A DNA stretch of 63,327 nucleotides, filler included, from Octopus bimaculoides (GCF_001194135.2; 6 parts of 5 records of this genome joined end to end with filler, not necessarily neighbours in it); one strand, 5' to 3'; numbered from the whole stretch's first letter, positions 1-13,574 are shown. The notes: generated by a model from the sequence alone, not told the origin. Program-made: numbers and translations.

Positions 1-126
1 CTGGCAGTGAATTGAGTTACATGTAGAAGCGACGGTGGCGGTTTGAGTGGGGGAAGAGAGAAAAGGTGAGGGCCGACAGAAAGACAGGCTGACAGAAAGA
101 CAGGCAGGGAGACAGACAGAGACACT

Positions 127-128
127 GA

Positions 129-168
<40 letters not shown>

Positions 169-185
169 AACAAGGAAAGAAAGAA
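127..185 (+). repeat. (GAAA)n microsatellite
   Basis: Direct tetranucleotide tandem repeat. Confidence 0.95.
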
Positions 186-1460
186 AGAGTGAATGCTGGG
201 AGCAGGGATAAAGAATGAGCTGTAAAAAGTTGTATCACTTAAGTTTCCAATTTAGTGTGGATGAGGGAATGGCAATTCAAAAGATTGGAACATATACAAA
301 AAAAAAAGAAAAAGAAAAGAAAAGAAAAAAACGAAAGAGGAAGAAATGGCGTGTGTGTGTGTGTGTTTGTATGCGTGTGTGTTATTCGATATTCTAACTG
401 TTTAGAGTGGTCATTACAAAGGTTTTATGTTGCAACAGATAATATAAGGAAAATAAAATGAGCCTTTTGCTTCGATAGCAATCAGTTTTGTGATTTATCA
501 GATATTCTGACAGCTGGGCTCACTCCAGCCGATTTTGACTATTAGTGCGGCTACTTTGATAGCCAGTTAGCTACCTATTGGCTGCCTATAGGAGTGCTGG
601 GTTCTATGCTTTTATGGGGATAGGTTTTGGCTAACGTTGACCACTAATATTATTGTTATCGATCTCATAAAAGGCGTCTTTGCTCGCTTTGTTCCTAGCT
701 TTCGGTCTTTCAGGTTTTCTTTAAACTTCCTTCCCTGCTCTATGTTTCTTTCTTCCTCGCTTTCTTTCTAATTTTCTAAATCTACTTTTCGTTTTCTTGG
801 CTACTATTCCTATCTTCCGTTAATACTGCGTAATAAACCGACCTCAAAAGACAAGAAAATAAAGACGGATCTTTTGAGAATTTCGTGAAGAAATTGAAAG
901 GAAAGTAAAACACGCACTCACAGACACATACACACATACACACCCACACATGCACACAACCCCCACACACACAACACGCATACACATATACATACATATA
1001 TATATATATATGAATGTATGTATGTATGCATGTGCATGTATGCATGTATATATATATATATGCATATATATACATGTATTTGTGTGTGTGTGTGTGTGTG
1101 CAAGTCAAATAATTAAGATCGAGAAAGAAACGCAGCGAAACCGAGAGCAGCAATGGAAGACTGAGTGATATATATATATATANNNNNNNNNNNNNNNNNN
1201 NNNNNNNNNNNNNNNNNNNNNNNNNNNNNNNNNNNNNNNNNNNNNNNNNNNNNNNNNNNNNNNNNNNNNNNNNNNNNNNNNNNNNNNNNNNNNNNNNNNN
1301 NNNNNNNNNNNNNNNNNNNNNNNNNNNNNNNNNNNNNNNNNNNNNNNNNNNNNNNNNNNNNTATATACATATATATATATATATACATATATATATACAT
1401 ATATATATATACATATATATATATACATATGTGTGTGTGTGTGTGTGTATTTATACACAC

Positions 1461-1491
<31 letters not shown>

Positions 1492-1774
1492 TGTTTGAAT
1501 GTATGTACGTATGTTACGAGGGAAGACTTAATAGAAAAGTAGGATGTTAGCAGCAATTCAAACTTAATTTCTAATGTTTAAAGTCAGTGGCTTCAATTCA
1601 ACATTTAACACAATTTATTTGCCCCCCTCTTCGATCTCGTCGCGTGTTAACTGCTTATGTACATATATCTGGTGCTAGTCGCAATGAGTTCGAATTGCAT
1701 CCACTCTTATCGTTATCATACGGAGCATTTTGTCACCACACTGAATTGATCCATGTTGTTAAAACAAACCTTGA

Positions 1775-2009
1775 TTCTTATTTCTTTACTGCCCACAAGG
1801 GTCTACACACAGAGGGGACAAACAAGGACAGACAAACGGATTAAGTCGATTATATCGACCCAGTGCGTAACTGGTACTTTTTTAATCGACCCGGAAAGGA
1901 TGAAAGGCAAAGTCGACCTCGGCGGAATTTGAACTCAGAACGTAGCGGTAGACGAAATACCACTAAGCATTTCGCCCGGCGTGCTAACGTTTCAGCCAGT
2001 TCGCCGCCT
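1775..2009 (-). mobile_element. SINE family A (tRNA-derived head, GCCTTTCATCCTTTCGGGGTCGATAAA-type central domain), full length
   Basis: Reverse complement reads AGGCGGCGAACTGGCTGAAACGTTAGC...GAGTTCAAATTCCGCCGAGGTCGACTTTGCCTTTCATCC; more than 20 homologous copies in the window. Confidence 0.9.
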
Positions 2010-2227
2010 TCACAAACCTTGATTCTGCCGGTTTTTTGTCACAGATAGGGCCTGTCGGTTTCGACCGTAGTGGGCTCCAGTCGATCAGACGCGATAATCC
2101 ATTTGTTTTTCCAATTGAGATGGTCATCTTCAATGCTGCTAATTTAGACTGCATGTTCCACTGATTTATCACTCCTAAAAAATCTCAATATGTACTAGTT
2201 GCGACACAGACATGAAGATCATAAAAA

Positions 2228-2352
2228 AGGCCGATAGAATAAGTACTAGGCTTACAAAGAATAAATCCTGGGGTCGATTTGCTCGACTAAAGGCGGTGCT
2301 CCAGCATGGCCGCAGTCAAATGACTGAAACAAGTAAAAGAGTAAAAGAGTAG
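2228..2352 (+). mobile_element. SINE family B, 3' part
   Basis: GATAGAATAAGTACTAGG...GCGGTGCTCCAGCATGGCCGCAGTCAAATGACTGAAACAAGTAAAAGAGTA, near-identical to 4250-4372. Confidence 0.9.
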
Positions 2353-2469
2353 AAATAATACAACTAAGAAATATAATGGCTTTCGGTATATAATCACGTC
2401 GATCTATGTTCGAATCTTTCAAGGATCAATCTTACCTTTCATTCTAATAAGCTTAAAGTAATCATTTCT

Positions 2470-2667
2470 ACAATAAGCACATGCCCGAAAATTTAGTGCG
2501 AAAGGAATTACGTCGACCACAGTGTTCAACTGGTACTCATTGTATCGACCCCGAAAGTAAAAATGTCCACATTAGCAGAATTCGAACTCAAGCGTTAAAA
2601 AACAGATATTACGCCGTGAAGTATTTTACCCGACGTTGCTAACGGTTCTGCCGGATCGCTGCCTTTT
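2470..2667 (-). mobile_element. SINE family A, diverged
   Basis: Homology to 1775-2009. Confidence 0.75.
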
Positions 2668-2929
2668 GATAAGTTTAAGATAATAATTATTACTTGTTTT
2701 GTTTAACCATGTGTAACCCGTGAATGAATTGCTTTACAACAACAAAAATATGGTTCCCACTTTTTTTTTTTCAAGCATATTGCAACGATTTTAAAGTCAG
2801 TGATTTGGCTGAAAATTTTGAGCAGTGTGGTATTTGCTTCTAACACTCTGCATGTTGGTTTCAAATTCCGCTGCAGTCAACTTCACTGTTCACTCTTTTG
2901 GAGTCGAGAAATAAATTATCAATCCTAAG

Positions 2930-3890
2930 CCATGGATTGGCGGAAACTACGCGTTTTGGGCCTACTAGAAACAAATTTATTGGCAGCATAGAATTCCAGA
3001 GTCCTACAACCGATGAATCCTGCCAACGCATTTTCAGCTGTTGGTTGGTTGTTGAAGGCGTTTCAAGCTATTACTTTTGCAGAAAATCATCGAAAGCGGA
3101 AGTTTAGTGAAGTAAACCACTTGACATGAACTTCCTTGTGCAGTTAGTACGATTTCAGCAAAGCCATTTGTATATTTTCTACAGCACTGTTGTGGAGAGA
3201 AGAGTTGAGTCTTTTTCGACTGACTTATACTTCATGCAAACGTTGCAATCGGTGAAGCATTCTCTTTTCATGATAATACTTCTGTGCTGTAATGTTTTCT
3301 ATGGGCTTTAAAACTGTATATGCAGGATTCTTTTGCCGACCACCAAACCGTGACTACAACTTCCTTTTGAAATGCAGCTTCGGTTTGGAAATGTATGCGG
3401 GTGCTTCACCTTGGTGTTTCCGCTCCGCAGGCATCTGTTAGTTGTAGCATAGAATGCAGTTTTTTTTTTTTTTTGTCACATTTCCCAGTGTGATAACAAA
3501 AAAAAAAGTAGAATAAATGTTTTCGTTGTATAAAGGAAGCACAAAGCAAAACTCGTTATGATGTATTTTATTTCCTTTCCGCTTCTGCAGCATCATATGT
3601 CGAACATTTTTGATTTGCCATTCAGACGCAAATGTCAAACAATTATTGAATGGTTAACTTTTCTTCCTTCCATAACCTTTTGGATTCTTTTTCGTGGATC
3701 TGCTTCAGTAATGGCTCTCAATTTGGTTGCTGTCAGCCGCAGAAAATCGTCCTCGGCAACTCTCATCTCTTAGCACCTATCATTTGCGTTGCAAACCTTT
3801 TGGTACACATGTTCAGATGTAAGTTCCTGGCTCTATAGTGAAGCGCTTGACTGATATTACTCGCTGCTTTGCATTTTATTTAAAAAAGTG
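2930..3890 (-). pseudogene. Decayed mariner transposase
   Basis: Minus-strand fragments with stops and frameshifts match the mariner motif order: LRAITEADPRK..VNHSIIV*HLRLNGKSK, KPKLH..TVWWSA, ENITAQKY, LLHNSA..QMALLK, AENALAGFIGCRTLEFYA. Confidence 0.8.
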
Positions 3891-3916
3891 ATGACACGTT
3901 CCATATTTTTTTTCTA

Positions 3917-4105
3917 GGCGCAGGAGTGGCTGTGTGGTAAGTAGCTTGCCTTCCAACCACATGGTTCCGGGTTCAGTCCCACTGCGTGTCACCTTGGGCA
4001 AGTGTCTTCTGCTATAGCCTCGGGCCGACCAAAGCCTTCTGAGTGGATTTGGTAGACGGAACCTGAAAGAAGCCCGTCGTATGTATGTGTATATATATAT
4101 ATAAA

Positions 4106-4150
<45 letters not shown>

Positions 4151-4372
4151 GTGTGTTTGTGTGTCTGTGTTTGTCCCCCCCCATCATCGCTTGACAACCG
4201 ATGTTGGTGTGTTTACGTCCCCGTAACTTAGTGGTTCGGCAAAAAGAGACCGATAGAATAAGTACTAGGCTTACAAAGAATAAGTCCTGAGGTCGATTTT
4301 CTCGACTAAAAGCGGTGCTCCAGCATGGCCGCAGTCAAATGACTGAAACAAGTATAAAAGAGTAAAAGAGTA
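3917..4372 (+). mobile_element. SINE family B, full length, with internal (AT/GT)n microsatellite
   Basis: tRNA-like head GGCGCAGGAGTGGCTGTGTGGTAAG...GGGTTCAGTCCC, CCTTGGGCAAGTGTCTT body, internal microsatellite 4080-4165, AAAAGAGT tandem tail. Confidence 0.92.
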
Positions 4373-4674
4373 AGTACAGAATAATCGCTTTAATCAGCAT
4401 GTTTTTGCTAAAAATGTAGCTGTCCAACATGAACAAGGATAATGTTTGAAAGCAAAATCATTAACATAAATGAAAGACGTAAAACTAACCGTCAAAATGA
4501 TGTATTACAGCTATTTATTTCTGATTCTGGAATAAGCTATGCCCTTGGTGTTCGAAGACCCCGTTCAAACTGTTGCAAGAAGATACCTGCATGAAAGATT
4601 GTTGTAAAGAAAACATTCTAGTATGAACGAACTAACCATAATGGTTAGTACGGTATCTGGGGTTTTAACCATGA

Positions 4675-4675
<1 letters not shown>

Positions 4676-4705
<30 letters not shown>

Positions 4706-4849
4706 AAGAAGAAGAAGAAGAAGAAGAAGAAGAAGAAGAAGAAGAAGAAGAAGAAGAAGAAGAAGAAGAAGAAGAAGAAGAAGAAGAAGAAGAAGAAGAA
4801 GAAGAAGAAGAAGAAGAAGAAGAAGAAGAAGAAGAAGAAGAAGAAGAAG
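4676..4849 (+). repeat. Pure (GAA)n tract, about 57 units
   Basis: Direct. Confidence 0.97.
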
Positions 4850-5585
4850 GGGAGGAGAAGGAGCAGCAGCAGGAGAGGAGGGGAGAAAATGAGGGAGGAG
4901 GATGAAGAAATTGATTGTGATAAAGGTTGCTGATTGCTGATTTCCAACCAATTTAAATGCCGAAAACTCACGGTATGTCACACGGCACCCCGACGCTTCT
5001 ATCAGTCGCTGAGGGCCCAAGATAAAGTAAGTCATATGTTTATTTTAATATTAATGAAAATTAAGTCTTGTAAATATTATTACTCCGAGTTTCGTGCAAG
5101 TATTTTTCAGCACAACTGAATTCATTATCTAAAATATAGATTTTTTACTTCATTATGGATGAAGTAAGAAAACAATGAGACGTACAAACATAGACATAGT
5201 AAGATGGATCAGCGTTCTATTCGTGAAAATAGAGCAAAATAAGAAAGCAAAGAAACTGGAAGACGAGAAAATTTACTGGTATACAAGAGATAAATTGTAT
5301 GAAGTGCTTCAATCACTGTATAAGATTGGATACTATGATATTTGTGGAGAACTGTTGCATTTAATAAAGAGGATTGCGAAAACAACTTAGAAAGGAAAAA
5401 AAAATGAATGCATATAGATCGAGATTTCGAGAAGCGATGAGATTGAATTTGGATTTATATAAAGTTGAATGGCAGAACAAGTAGGAAGTAGGAAATATTT
5501 TTCAAGTACAACAAAGATATTGTACATATATATTAAAGAAAAGTGTAGAAACGAATAAACTGTATATTGTAAAGGAAGGCGAGAC

Positions 5586-5622
<37 letters not shown>

Positions 5623-7496
5623 AGAACCAATGTTGCATTATGAAATAAAGCAAAGTAGAAACATATAACTCTGAACATGGTAATTTACTGTTGCTTAAAA
5701 TAAAAATGATATAAAACATATTACAAATGCAGTGAAAATAAATTTAAAGATATATATATGGCTCTAGAACCAGAATGAAATTCATTTTTAATACATTATT
5801 AAAAAAAATTAAAAAACGTGGGATCATACGTTTGATGGTCCTCATTCTCCCGCAGAACGCATTTGAACAACACTTAGCTCTAAATGGAAAGAGAATGAAG
5901 TAGAAATGAAGGATCGTTTCCGTTATGGATGAATAAATGAATAAAATAAACTAGAATGCAATACAAATATGCTCCAGATTTCAGCAAATAGATTCGAGAT
6001 CATTTAACCTGATTGAGAAAAACAAATCACACAAGATTTTACAATCTTTTGCGAAATACCATTGAACAATATTTAGGTGAGAGCTTTTGGCACAAAATAC
6101 GGATTAAGACAGGGAATTCTAAATCCATAGGATACTTATCAAAGTTGGCAAAGTAAAAACAAAAATCACTAATAGAATTGTAGCGTATTGACTTGTGAAT
6201 AGGATAAATTTCTTGGAGTGAGGATGAATTTCTTAGATGGCCTTGTTTTCACATTAGCTCATGCCTTGAATTCACCAAGTTTATATGAGATGTACAAACG
6301 AAGAATGTTTCACATCCCTATAAACAATACTATCAGGATCGTCCAGAATATGACATAAGCAATTCTGCCACTCATCACAGCAATGTATAGTTGGTGTTAT
6401 CTTCGTCTTTAGCCGATATACATAGTCTGAGAGACAGAACGAATTAGTGACATCCGTGTATCTGCTCTTAAAAGTACGTCTCGTTAAGCTTAAATAGGTA
6501 TTTTCTGTTAGTCTATAACCCCTACTTTGGTACAAGATATCCACAATTTGCTGCGATATAAAATTTATGTGGTCACCATTTCTTTGAGTGCGTTAAATGA
6601 TGGAAGTCAGTTGTAGTTTCTATGGTTATTGATAGAAATTAGAATTTAAACGTTACTCGCGGAGCTGTGATTTACGAAGTGATTTTGTTAACTATTTTCT
6701 GCAACGAATTTGGAAATGCTTCTGTGCCAAGAATAAGAAAGTTCAGGTGATGTTGACTGCCACGCATAAGGAGGATTAAACCAGATAATACTTCGCTTGA
6801 GTAGTTTTAATGGTATTATAAGGTATTAAGAGGTATTATACATCGTATGTCCTCAAGGAATGGTCACTTTTGTATAAGAGGGTTGAAACATGATTAAAGA
6901 CTTTTGAAACAATAGATACAGTCACTCCTATTATTCAATAGATTCTTTAAAACTACGGGAGAGAAATGGGGAAGATATTAATATATGTTAATTTTTCATT
7001 TAGCTTCCTTTAAAGAGTCTGTTTATCTGCCCTTCGTTATATCTATAATACTGGCTCCATTGTTGTGAGTAATGATTCTAATTCTTCAGTTAAACTCTTT
7101 AAATGAATTAGTTAGAACATTATTAAGTGATATCCGTTCAAATGGCGAAAAATTAAGACGCTTTCATCTTTATAATAACCGAAGCTTTGTAGATTGATAT
7201 TACTTCACACTGAGCGTAACTCCACAAACACTCAAATAAGCAAAAGTCAGTTCCATCTTATGAGACCACATCAAATAATTCAGTTTCATCGGTGCTTTAT
7301 CTTTAACTACATCAAATAACTCATTACCATTGCACTATATCTAAACATTGTCTTCAAAAACAAGACCTTCCTTGCGTACATGTTGACGCTAATTTCATAA
7401 TAATAAATGAGTTTTTATCAAATTCTAATGCATTTAGATGCTTAGAAATGGAAGGTACAAATCGATTATATGATTTGTACTGTCGATTTGAAATTG

Positions 7497-7714
7497 CATG
7501 AGGCGAGAGCTGAGAATTTCCTGGCTTTGGGTAAAAGAAAATGTAGGAGAATCAGCTATGATTTTATTCAACTTATTCCCCTCTCAGATTCTCACACTTA
7601 TTACAGCACTCCTTCAGTTTTTCTACGCCCTGTTACAGAACTTTGAAAGTTGGGCCTCCAATGAGGTCTTTCGCGAAACCCTTAAAGCCAGGAATTTTTC
7701 AGCACCCCTTCGTA
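7497..7714. mobile_element. Mariner-type MITE
   Basis: Imperfect ~30-bp TIRs: CATGAGGCGAGAGCTGAGAATTTCCTGGCTTT at left, TAAAGCCAGGAATTTTTCAGCACCCCTTCGTA at right. Confidence 0.7.
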
Positions 7715-7974
7715 TATTTACTATCTGTTTGATTAAATAAATTAATCACAGTAGAACTGTTCCTCCTTAAATACAAATTCGTGGCCAGACAAATTTTAAA
7801 GATAATTGTGTCTAAAATATGTTTATCAACGACAAACATTTTGTTATTTGGAGGGCTGATGAGAACATTTAAAGACAACTTTTAAGTTATCCATAAAGTT
7901 TTTGGAAAGTGCGATTTGTGCCGTGTCAAACCTTCTGTTCGTTCATCTATTTTGAATTTGATTGCTCCTTTATA

Positions 7975-8675
7975 ACCGTTATATAAACGTTCTTGGATCT
8001 TGTTCAAAACGGGGGCACCAGTTTTCATTTATGTTTTATGTAGTGTTTTTGGTACCGAAAGACTTTCAAACTTCGTGTACTTATCTATTTTGTGTTATAG
8101 AACAGAAAATAATTGTTGTATTCGAATTTATTTTATGTAAAAAATTGTCTTATTTCGATAATTTCAACCAATCACTGACAAGTATTCAGCTGTTTACACT
8201 TACTCCTTTGGAAGTTTAAGCGGTGTAAAGCGTATTTAATCTCCATTACTTCTGACATTTTGCAGAGACAACACACGTGTGTTCGTTTTCCCTAACCCTA
8301 ACCCTAATTGACTTGCTCCTTTCCTCAAAAACCATGCCTCGTGCCTATAATAGAAAGGTTTATTAGCTACTGCCAATATGCTTCAGCCATTTTTTGACAA
8401 GGAAATAATAATTTTATCACCGCGATAATCGTTTGTTTATGTAGTCAGCACTTAATATATACAGCTGAATAGACGTCAGTGATTGGTTGAAATTACAGAA
8501 ATACGACAACTTTAACATGAAATAACTTGCGATGTACGTTTTTTTGTTAAGAAGACTAAGAGAAAAAGATGTTTTATATAACACATTCTACCAGTGTCCC
8601 AAGTTTCAAAGTGTTTCGTTAAGAAAATACTGGTGCCCCCGTTTTGAACAAGATCCAGGTTCTTTATAAACGTTA
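7975..8675. mobile_element. Fold-back / long-inverted-repeat non-autonomous element with central (CCCTAA)3
   Basis: GGATCTTGTTCAAAACGGGGGCACCAG (~7996-8022) is the exact reverse complement of ~8630-8656; further inverted similarity between 8140-8200 and 8455-8520. Confidence 0.6.
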
Positions 8676-9426
8676 CGTATGCTTGAATTTTTTTGTTCTG
8701 TTTATCAATATGTATTTTTAATGTTTCGAATAAGCCACGAATATGTAAAACCGTCAATCTAAGAAAGATTTTATTTTGCTTTATGTGTGTTTGGGATATT
8801 TATGCTTTTCTTTGTGTTTGTTATTGTAAGTAGGTAAGAGTTAATATGAGTAATAAACCTTGCCTTTCTTCATCATCGTCACGGCAAACAGTAACACCAA
8901 GAAGGAGTTAGCACATTGTGGCAAAGTGGAGTTCAAATGTCACAATAAACGAATTTATTTAAGCTTTAAGAGCAAATATATACACAGAACACATTCGATT
9001 GGACATACAAAGAATGTCTAATCATTCATCGCTGCTCTTACACACATGTATGGCGATTAAATTATTATGATACGAAAAAACTTAATATATTGTGGTCAGT
9101 GGTAGAATTTTACAAATCAAATTCTTTGCGGTCTGAATCATTTTATATCCTAGTGGAAAATTTAAATGTCTTCTGTCATTTGTTAAATTTAAATACTGAG
9201 CTAATTTCGAAATACTATCACTCTATCAGATTTATTATGGGGAAAAATATATAAAATATCACAACACTATCCGACGTACAGGTTAATTACGCAGCAATTT
9301 TATTGGAAGGCTGACTTTGAAATTCTTTGGAACTTTCAAAGATGCCCGAGGTTATGTAAGTCTCCGATCCAGATTTAAAATCCTTCTTAATCTATATTTT
9401 AAATATCCAATAATTAATGGTAGATT

Positions 9427-9640
9427 AAGGCGGTGAGCTGCTAGATTCGTTACCTTGCCGAGCTAAATGCTTAGCGGTATTTCGTTCGTCTATTCGTTCT
9501 GAGTTCAGATTCCACCGAGGTCGACTTAGCCTTTCATCCTTTCAGGGTCGATAAAATGATTACCAGTTGAGCACTGGAGTCGATGTAATCAACTTACCCC
9601 TCCCCCGAAATCACTGGCCTCGTGCCATTATTTGAAGCTA
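9427..9640 (+). mobile_element. SINE family A
   Basis: AAGGCGGTGAGCTG...GAGTTCAGATTCC...GCCTTTCATCCTTTCAGGGTCGATAAA. Confidence 0.88.
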
Positions 9641-10929
9641 ATATTTAAAGATAATTTTTAGAATTTACGAGCTTTATTTGACTAAATACGTGTCACCTTT
9701 TAAGCCTGTGATTTAAATAAAGATTCAATTCTGCTAAAAAAAAAAGGAGAGGGGCTTTAACCAGAAACTCGATAACAACAGTGAAATATTTCAGCTTTTA
9801 ATTGCAGTTTACAATTAAATTTTCTGTAGTAGTTAAGTGATTTATTTTATGTTCATAAATATGTCTGTGTGTGTGTTTCTCTATGTGCGTGTTTGCGCAT
9901 GCGGATGTCTACACGGATACCCCCCCCCATACACACACACACACATACAAACAAACATTTATACTTGTTGTATGTACAGGCATACGTGATTGCGTGTTTG
10001 TTTGTATGCTAGTGCGTATATACTGTATTTTCAAATACCCAACCTAACGATGTCCAAAAAGAGTTAATCTACTTCAAAATTGTGAGGATTCGTAAAGATT
10101 AAAGAGAAAATGCGAGAGTGGAAGACAAGAGAAGAACGAGAAAACAGAAAAACATAATAGAAAATACCTCCAGGTTGTGTGGTATATCACACAAACCGGG
10201 AGAGTATCCATTAAAGCAAAAGCCATATTAATGAACATTTGTTATCAAGTCTGATGCTTCAACGCGCATCCATGTGTTTTTTGTTATGAAAGGACGTTTT
10301 GTGCCAAGATTTGATAATTCATTATTGATTTAGAAACGTAACTCTGGCAAGGTTAGGTCTAATAAAATCACATACACATGCATAGACACACATATGCATG
10401 ATCAAACAAATACACACATATAAACAGACATATGTTTGCACACACGCACGGACACATAATCACATACTCACATACAGATACGCAGATACAACATGTACAA
10501 ACACAAAAATCGATCTCTCTTTGCCTCGCTGCTCAATAACACTTTGGACACAGATTCAAGATTACCCAGTCACTCACTGGCGAGCCACGTCGTGAGATCT
10601 ATGAGATAATGAAAGTAAAGAAGTAACGAAAGTTAGTTTTGTTATCATGATAGAGAGAGAGGGGGGAGCGAGACACTCACACAAAGACACACAGACAGGG
10701 ACACAGAGAAACAGAGAGAGAGAGAGAGAGGGAGAGAGAGAAGGGGAAAGAGAGAGAGAGAGAGAGCAACAGACGGGAAAAAAAGAGACGAGAGCGAGAG
10801 AGAGAGAGAGAGATGCTGATAGAGAGATGAGAGACCCAGATAGTGAGAAAGATAGGTAGCAATGGTAGGATGGCGAATGGAAGAACGATAATGAAAATAA
10901 ATGTAAGAAACAGAAAAAGAAGGAGCGAA

Positions 10930-10972
10930 GCAAGAAAAGAAAGAAAGAAAGAAAGAAAGAATGAATGAATGA

Positions 10973-11023
<51 letters not shown>

Positions 11024-11040
11024 GAAGAAAGAAAGGAAGT
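10930..11040 (+). repeat. (GAAA)n within a longer (GA)-rich tract (10650-11040)
   Basis: Direct. Confidence 0.93.
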
Positions 11041-11735
11041 GGAAATGAGAAATAAAAACAGCGTGGACAAACCCTGAACCCCTAATCCACAAGGGAAAGT
11101 AAGCAGAAATGTAATCAAAACTAAAGAAAGTTTTCTCATTTTCTTCTTATTATTCCTTTATCCTTCTCTTTGATAGATTATTCTTGCGCATGAGTATTAA
11201 AGTCAGTGTGCGCGTGTGTATGAGAGAGAGAGAACGTGCGTGTCTGTATGCGTGTTGTATGTAGCTGTACGTTTGTTCGTTTGTTTGTTTGTGTGGGTGT
11301 ATGTTCATGTAAGGTTTTATATACTCGTGTTGTATTTGATTCTTTGGTAGGGTTGGTTTGTTCTTTTCTTTCGTTTAGGTTCGGACACGGCCACCTAAAA
11401 CAATATCAACGCTTTCTGTAGATGACAGAGAATAAAAAAAAACTTCGTCAATAATTGATACAAGTTTTTGGATGTTAGCTTCGTTACTGGTTGATTCAGC
11501 GATGTATACATATGTACAAATATTTACACATTCACAGTACATAATTACACACGTATATATACATATATACATATATATATGTGTGTGTATATATATTTGC
11601 ATATATATGTGAGATGCGCATATATACATATATTCATACATGCATATACATGTATATGCATACATATATATATATATATATATANNNNNNNNNNNNNNNN
11701 NNNNNNNNNNNNNNNNNNNNNNNNNNNNNNNNNNN

Positions 11736-11772
<37 letters not shown>

Positions 11773-12290
11773 TGTCCATATATGTATATATATATGTCCA
11801 TATATGCATATATATATATATATATATATGTCCATATATGCATATATATATATATATGCCTGTGTATATATGTATGTATGTATATATGTATGCATGTATT
11901 TATGTATCTATGTATGTATGTATGTTTGTATATGTATAAGTATGCATATGTAGAGGATATGCACCGAACCTTCTCGATGAAAGATATAAAAATCATATTC
12001 TTGGTGAACAAACGCAGCTCTATAATTCCTATGCTACAAATGATAGCGATATCTGAAACAATAAACGAGAGTCCTCAATATCTAAGAAGAGAATGTTTGC
12101 TTAAAAGGATGACGTGAAGAACAAGAAGACGTTTGAAAGTTATATTTTCACTGCCATGTTGCCACCGAGCCAGTGGCCCCTCAAAATAAAGTAAAAAAAT
12201 ATCAGGAGGAGGAAACAGATATACATACATGCATGCTTCCATAATATATATGTGTATATTTAATATATGTATATTTAATAACATGTGTAT

Positions 12291-12329
<39 letters not shown>

Positions 12330-13138
12330 NNNNNNNNNNNNNNNNNNNNNNNNNNNNNNNNNNNNNNNNNNNNNNNNNNNNNNNNNNNNNNNNNNNNNNN
12401 NNNNNNNNNNNNNNNNNNNNNNNNNNNNNNNNNNNNNNNNNNNNNNNNNNNNNNNNNNNNNNNNNNNNNNNNNNNNNNNNNNNNNNNNNNNNNNNNNNNN
12501 NNNNNNNNNNNNNNNNNNNNNNNNNNNNNNNNNNNNNNNNNNNNNNNNTATATATATATATATATATATGCAAGCATCTTTAGTGGGGCGCAAATATTAA
12601 TATAAAGGATATAGTATCTTAGGCATAAGACTGTTTACCACGTCACACTTTGAAGGTTGTGTTCTCGTATTAATAGAGCAGGAGATAGCAACGAAATATA
12701 TAACGAACAGCAAAGTGTGTATGGCCCTTAGACCTCAAAAAAGGCAACCAGAAATTTCAATTATGTCACATTTCTGTGGGGATATATTACACATTATTAA
12801 CAGTTATCAGCCCTAAAATAACATGGAGATGCTACCTCTAAATATATCATGATGTTGTTGCTCAAACAATGTTGTACAACACCGTCCACGGGAAAGAATA
12901 CATATGGAATAAATATAACCATTGTCCCCCTTTATTTAAATACGTTCGTACAACACAGTATAGTGAGAATACGTTCGTATTAAATCATCCTCTAAATGGA
13001 GACATGGTCTCTCACAGTTGTTCACTGAACATCTAGCATACAAGTCAAAAGAAAAGTGAACAAACTGAAGTTAAAATTGCAACCTATAGTAAATGAGAAG
13101 AGGCACTTCTTTTCTTTACTTCACCGTGGATGAAGATT

Positions 13139-13237
13139 TTATGGTTTGCAATTACATCTGTAGACGTTTCTCCAAATGGTACTACAAGAATATCGACCAT
13201 AAAATGGGTATTTTTTATAGTCAGTTTCACCAGAAGC
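13139..13237 (-). CDS. Candidate terminal coding exon ASGETDYKKYPFYGRYSCSTIWRNVYRCNCKP*
   Basis: Acceptor atacatttcag at 13238, 32 open codons then TAA, AATAAA ~200 nt downstream (plus-strand 12931-12936). A second frame is also open; no homology recognised. Confidence 0.2.
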   Translation of the reverse strand, partial: ASGETDYKKYPFYGRYSCSTIWRNVYRCNCKP

Positions 13238-13574
13238 CTGAAATGTATTTCATTGCACAATGAGAACTTCTATGCATATTTATCAATTAATCTTTCAATT
13301 AAACTTAAAGAAGAATATAAACATGTTAGAATTAATTCTCATACAGAAATGTTTCTATAATAAACGCATGTAGCTTATTTGCTCTGATCAGAAGATGGTG
13401 AATTTCTTGCGTGCACAGCAAAGTAGGTACATTAAATACACGTGTTCAATGCGCTTTGGGGACAGTAAAGCAAAGCAAGACCATTGGAAGAAAATGGAAT
13501 AACCTTCAAGGGAGACAAAAGCCGTACGTACGATGAATATCATTAACGGGCTGTTATTTCAGAACGAAAATGTG

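Noticed and set aside
1-60. GC-richer fragment at the window start
   Set aside because: Truncated by the window edge, no second copy in the window, cannot be classified
5175-5390. Death-domain-like tail LYEVLQSLYKIGYYDICGELL
   Set aside because: The resemblance is limited to one helix and no usable splice acceptor in frame was found; kept only within the decayed-ORF finding
8290-8307. (CCCTAA)3 as an interstitial telomere or fusion site
   Set aside because: Only three units, inside a repeat element; too short to indicate a chromosome fusion
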